Below are positions 61,224 to 64,000 of a DNA stretch of 64,000 nucleotides, piece by piece. The stretch's first letter is position 1. Each line of letters starts with the position of its first letter. Location: contig JAANOX010000097.1 of assembly GCA_020184695.1 (NCBI GenBank), positions 62,001 to 126,000 of the forward strand. Direction: 5' to 3'. The notes below the pieces were generated by a model. That model did not search any database, was not told the DNA's origin, and saw only the letters and a program-made list of their open reading frames with translations. Position numbers and translations under genes: made by a program. The DNA comes from Histomonas meleagridis 2922-C6/04-290x. Its lineage: Eukaryota > Protista > Parabasalia.

Positions 61224-63502
61224 TTATGAAGTAAAACAGTTTCCCAATTTAAAGTTCGCTTTTTCTTCTGTGCGATTTCTATAAGATGCAAAAATAAGTT
61301 GTGTTTCAAGTTTATAAAATAATTTCCGAAAATCATTTTGAAATATCAAATTGCAAAAATAAAAATCAAATAATATGAATAAATATCATAATTAATTTCA
61401 GTTCCTTTTTGTTCAATAATTTGATTAACTATATCATAATGATTGTTTTCATTTGCTAAAATAAGTGCTGATTTAAATATTTAAAATAATTTCCAAATAT
61501 TATTTATTAATTTTAAGTTAATAATATAAACATTAAATAAAATACATATATATCTTTAGCATTAATATCTATTTCTTTATGTTCAAGAAGTAATTTCACT
61601 ACTTCTTTGTTATCGTTTATCGATGCAATCATAACTTCTGTTTGAAATAATTTAAATAATTTCCAAGTATTATAAAATTATCCAAAATTATTTCTACAAA
61701 TATTAAATTAAACAAATAAATATTTTTTGCATTAATATCAATACTTTTTTGTTCAATAAGTAATTTAACAATTTCTACGAATCCCTTAGAAGCTGCAATT
61801 CCAAGTGCTGTTTCAAATAATTTGAATAATTTCCAAAAATTATTTTGAATTTCGAAATTATTATACCAAATATTAAACAAAATAAAAAAATATTTTTATG
61901 ATTAATTTCAATTCCTTCTAGTTCAAGAAGAAATTTAACAACTTCAGTACTACCTTTCATAGATGCATCCATAAGTGCGGTATAAAATAATTTAAATGAT
62001 TTCCAGAAATATTTTAAAAATATCAAAATATTTAAGTAAATAGTATAAAAAAAATTATAAACAGTTTTAAAGTTCAGATCAAAATATTCATTTTTAACAA
62101 GGAACTTAAAAATTTCTTTATTCCAATGACTATATGATACTCCCCTTAAACCCAAAAAATTTAATTTGTAATTATGTTGTTCAATAAAAAATTGTGAAAT
62201 TAACAAATTACCAACATTTAAAGAAGTATAAAAAAGACTTCTTTGGAATTTATCACGCAAAAAAGAGAAAATTTCATAATTATCATAGAAAATACAATAG
62301 TTTCCTAATTGATCGATACCATAATACATGAGCATACATCAAAACTTTGGATGCAAACTTTCGATTTTTTCTAAATTATTTTCATATATATAATGAAAGA
62401 TATCATTTCGATGAAACATAATTGCTGTTTCATATGCACCTTCAAATGATGAATGATTTTGTTCACATAAATGAATGATTTCTTCATTTCCACCTGCAAT
62501 TGCATATTTACCTGTATTTTCTAAACTTGCGCCATTCATAAGTAAATATTTAAAACATTTAACTGAAGAAAAAAATGCTGCATAATCAATTAATGTAACA
62601 TTTTCTTGATTAATAAAAGAACATCTTTCATAGAGTGATGGTTCAATCATTTGGTTAAAGTCAAAATTTGTTTGTGATGTTATTTCTTGAAGTTTTTCTA
62701 TTTCATCATTTCGAATTATTTGTGCAATTTCATTTGGATTATATCCCTCTTTAATTAATTGCTTATGAAGTTCCCAATTATTCTTTGATAGTTCTTCATA
62801 ATTATCAATAAATTTCTTTCTGAACGGATCATGTGCAATTATTAAGTTTAAGTCTTCTATATAATGCGCAAAATATAATGTGCACTGATTTTTTAATATC
62901 AATGGATCAATGATATTTTCTTCAACCATTTTATAAAGAAGATAATTTGATTCTTGATTGGAATCACATATTAACATTTGAACAAAAAGATTAATTATTT
63001 TATCATTTGATTTATATTCCATTTCATTAATTTCAAGTTCTTTTAAATACTTTATACATATATCATCAAGACCTTTACAAACAAAAAAAGAATATATTAA
63101 TCTACAAATAATTAAGTTGTATGATAACAAATATTCTTCATTAATATAAATTAAAGTAGAGTCAGCTGATTTTTTGATATTATCTTCATTTAATTCAAAA
63201 ATAATTTGTTCAATGCATTGCAATATTTGAAGATTTTTTTCGTATTTATTTGCTTGTCTTTTATTGTTAGTGTTTTGTTGTGTTGGAGAATTATTTTTAG
63301 GTATAGAATTTCTCCCAGGAACATATATAGACTTAGTTGGTTGTGTATTATCTGGTATATAAACAGGATAAATAGGTGCTGTTACATGTGAAACAAAATG
63401 TGGCTTACTTGGAATATCAAAATTATTACTTGAATTTTGTTCTTTTTGTGTATTAATGTTTTGTTGTGTTGAATTTTGTTGCGTTGAATTAAAGGTGTTC
63501 AT
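61224..63502 (-). CDS. DUF3447-ankyrin gene H, with an in-frame TGA inside a 39-nt insertion, plus 5 modules
   Basis: ORFs 62339-63502 and 61775-62335 are in one frame; spacers 61982-62062 (81), 61812-61891, 61642-61721, 61472-61551, 61305-61384 (all 80). Confidence 0.7.
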
Positions 63503-63663
63503 CTCTTCTTTAGGTAAATTGGCAAGTAATAATTATGAGAACGTTTATTATGGAGGTTATGGTTTATTTTATACATGAAACACAAGAATGGAAAACATAG
63601 CAAAATGTTTTATATATATAATTTAGTAAATTAGTTATATGGTCTATGACATAGACTCACATG

Positions 63664-64000
63664 TCATTCATCAAATAGTAGTGGCTCTTTTTCATTTTCC
63701 TTTGCTTGTGAAACGTGAAACAAATATTTTCTGTGTCTACCTTCTTCAGCTGTTATATACTTCAGTCCACAGTGACAAAATTTTAAATTTTTATGGTGGA
63801 GTATCTTTTTCATAAAATTAACTTTTTTAACTTTAAGAACAGGGAAAAATCCAAATAATTCTTTTTTATAATTTTTATATGTGAATACCTTTGTATTAAT
63901 ATCAAAAGCATTAGCTCCAATTTTTGGACTTCGAACTCCTGTATAAAACACATTTAAGTTACTTATACCAATGAAAGCATTGTTTTGGATTTCATTAAGA
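63664..64000 (-). CDS. 3' end of a BspA-like leucine-rich-repeat protein; 5' end lies outside the window
   Basis: Frame open to the window edge: LNEIQNNAFIGISNLNVFYTGVRSPKIGANAF. Confidence 0.55.
   Translation of the reverse strand, partial: LNEIQNNAFIGISNLNVFYTGVRSPKIGANAFDINTKVFTYKNYKKELFGFFPVLKVKKVNFMKKILHHKNLKFCHCGLKYITAEEGRHRKYLFHVSQAKENEKEPLLFDE

Noticed and set aside
61169-61336. N-terminal extension of the TRF4-like ORF in the ORF track
   Set aside because: It is the last spacer and module of ankyrin gene H read in another frame; the real start is probably ATG 61168

Overview
AT-rich eukaryotic genomic DNA, most likely from a parabasalid (trichomonad-like) protist. This is inferred from the DUF3447/ankyrin, BspA-like and Pmp-like gene families, TCACTT-type initiator elements and mostly intronless genes. 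Housekeeping genes (SF3B3-like, rpS27, Elongin C, TKL kinase, ING-type PHD, Rav1/DMXL-like WD40, PIMT, Rabs, G-alpha, CDF transporter, TRF4-like nucleotidyltransferase, tRNA-Pro) are interleaved with eight DUF3447-ankyrin loci plus fragments and three or four decayed DNA transposons. Main observation: in every DUF3447-ankyrin locus each ankyrin repeat is a stop-free module of about 30 codons (TAL...DINAKD). Modules are separated at the same position by AT-rich spacers that lack GT-AG ends and usually break the frame or contain stops. By hand count, 35 of 53 spacers are exactly 80 nt, and in one gene they expand in 20-nt steps up to 800 nt. This looks like a non-canonical intron class or a translational-bypass system, but it is untested. 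Separately, five 23-24 nt GT-AG micro-introns restore or extend the reading frames of three other genes. All coordinates and counts were made by hand without tools.
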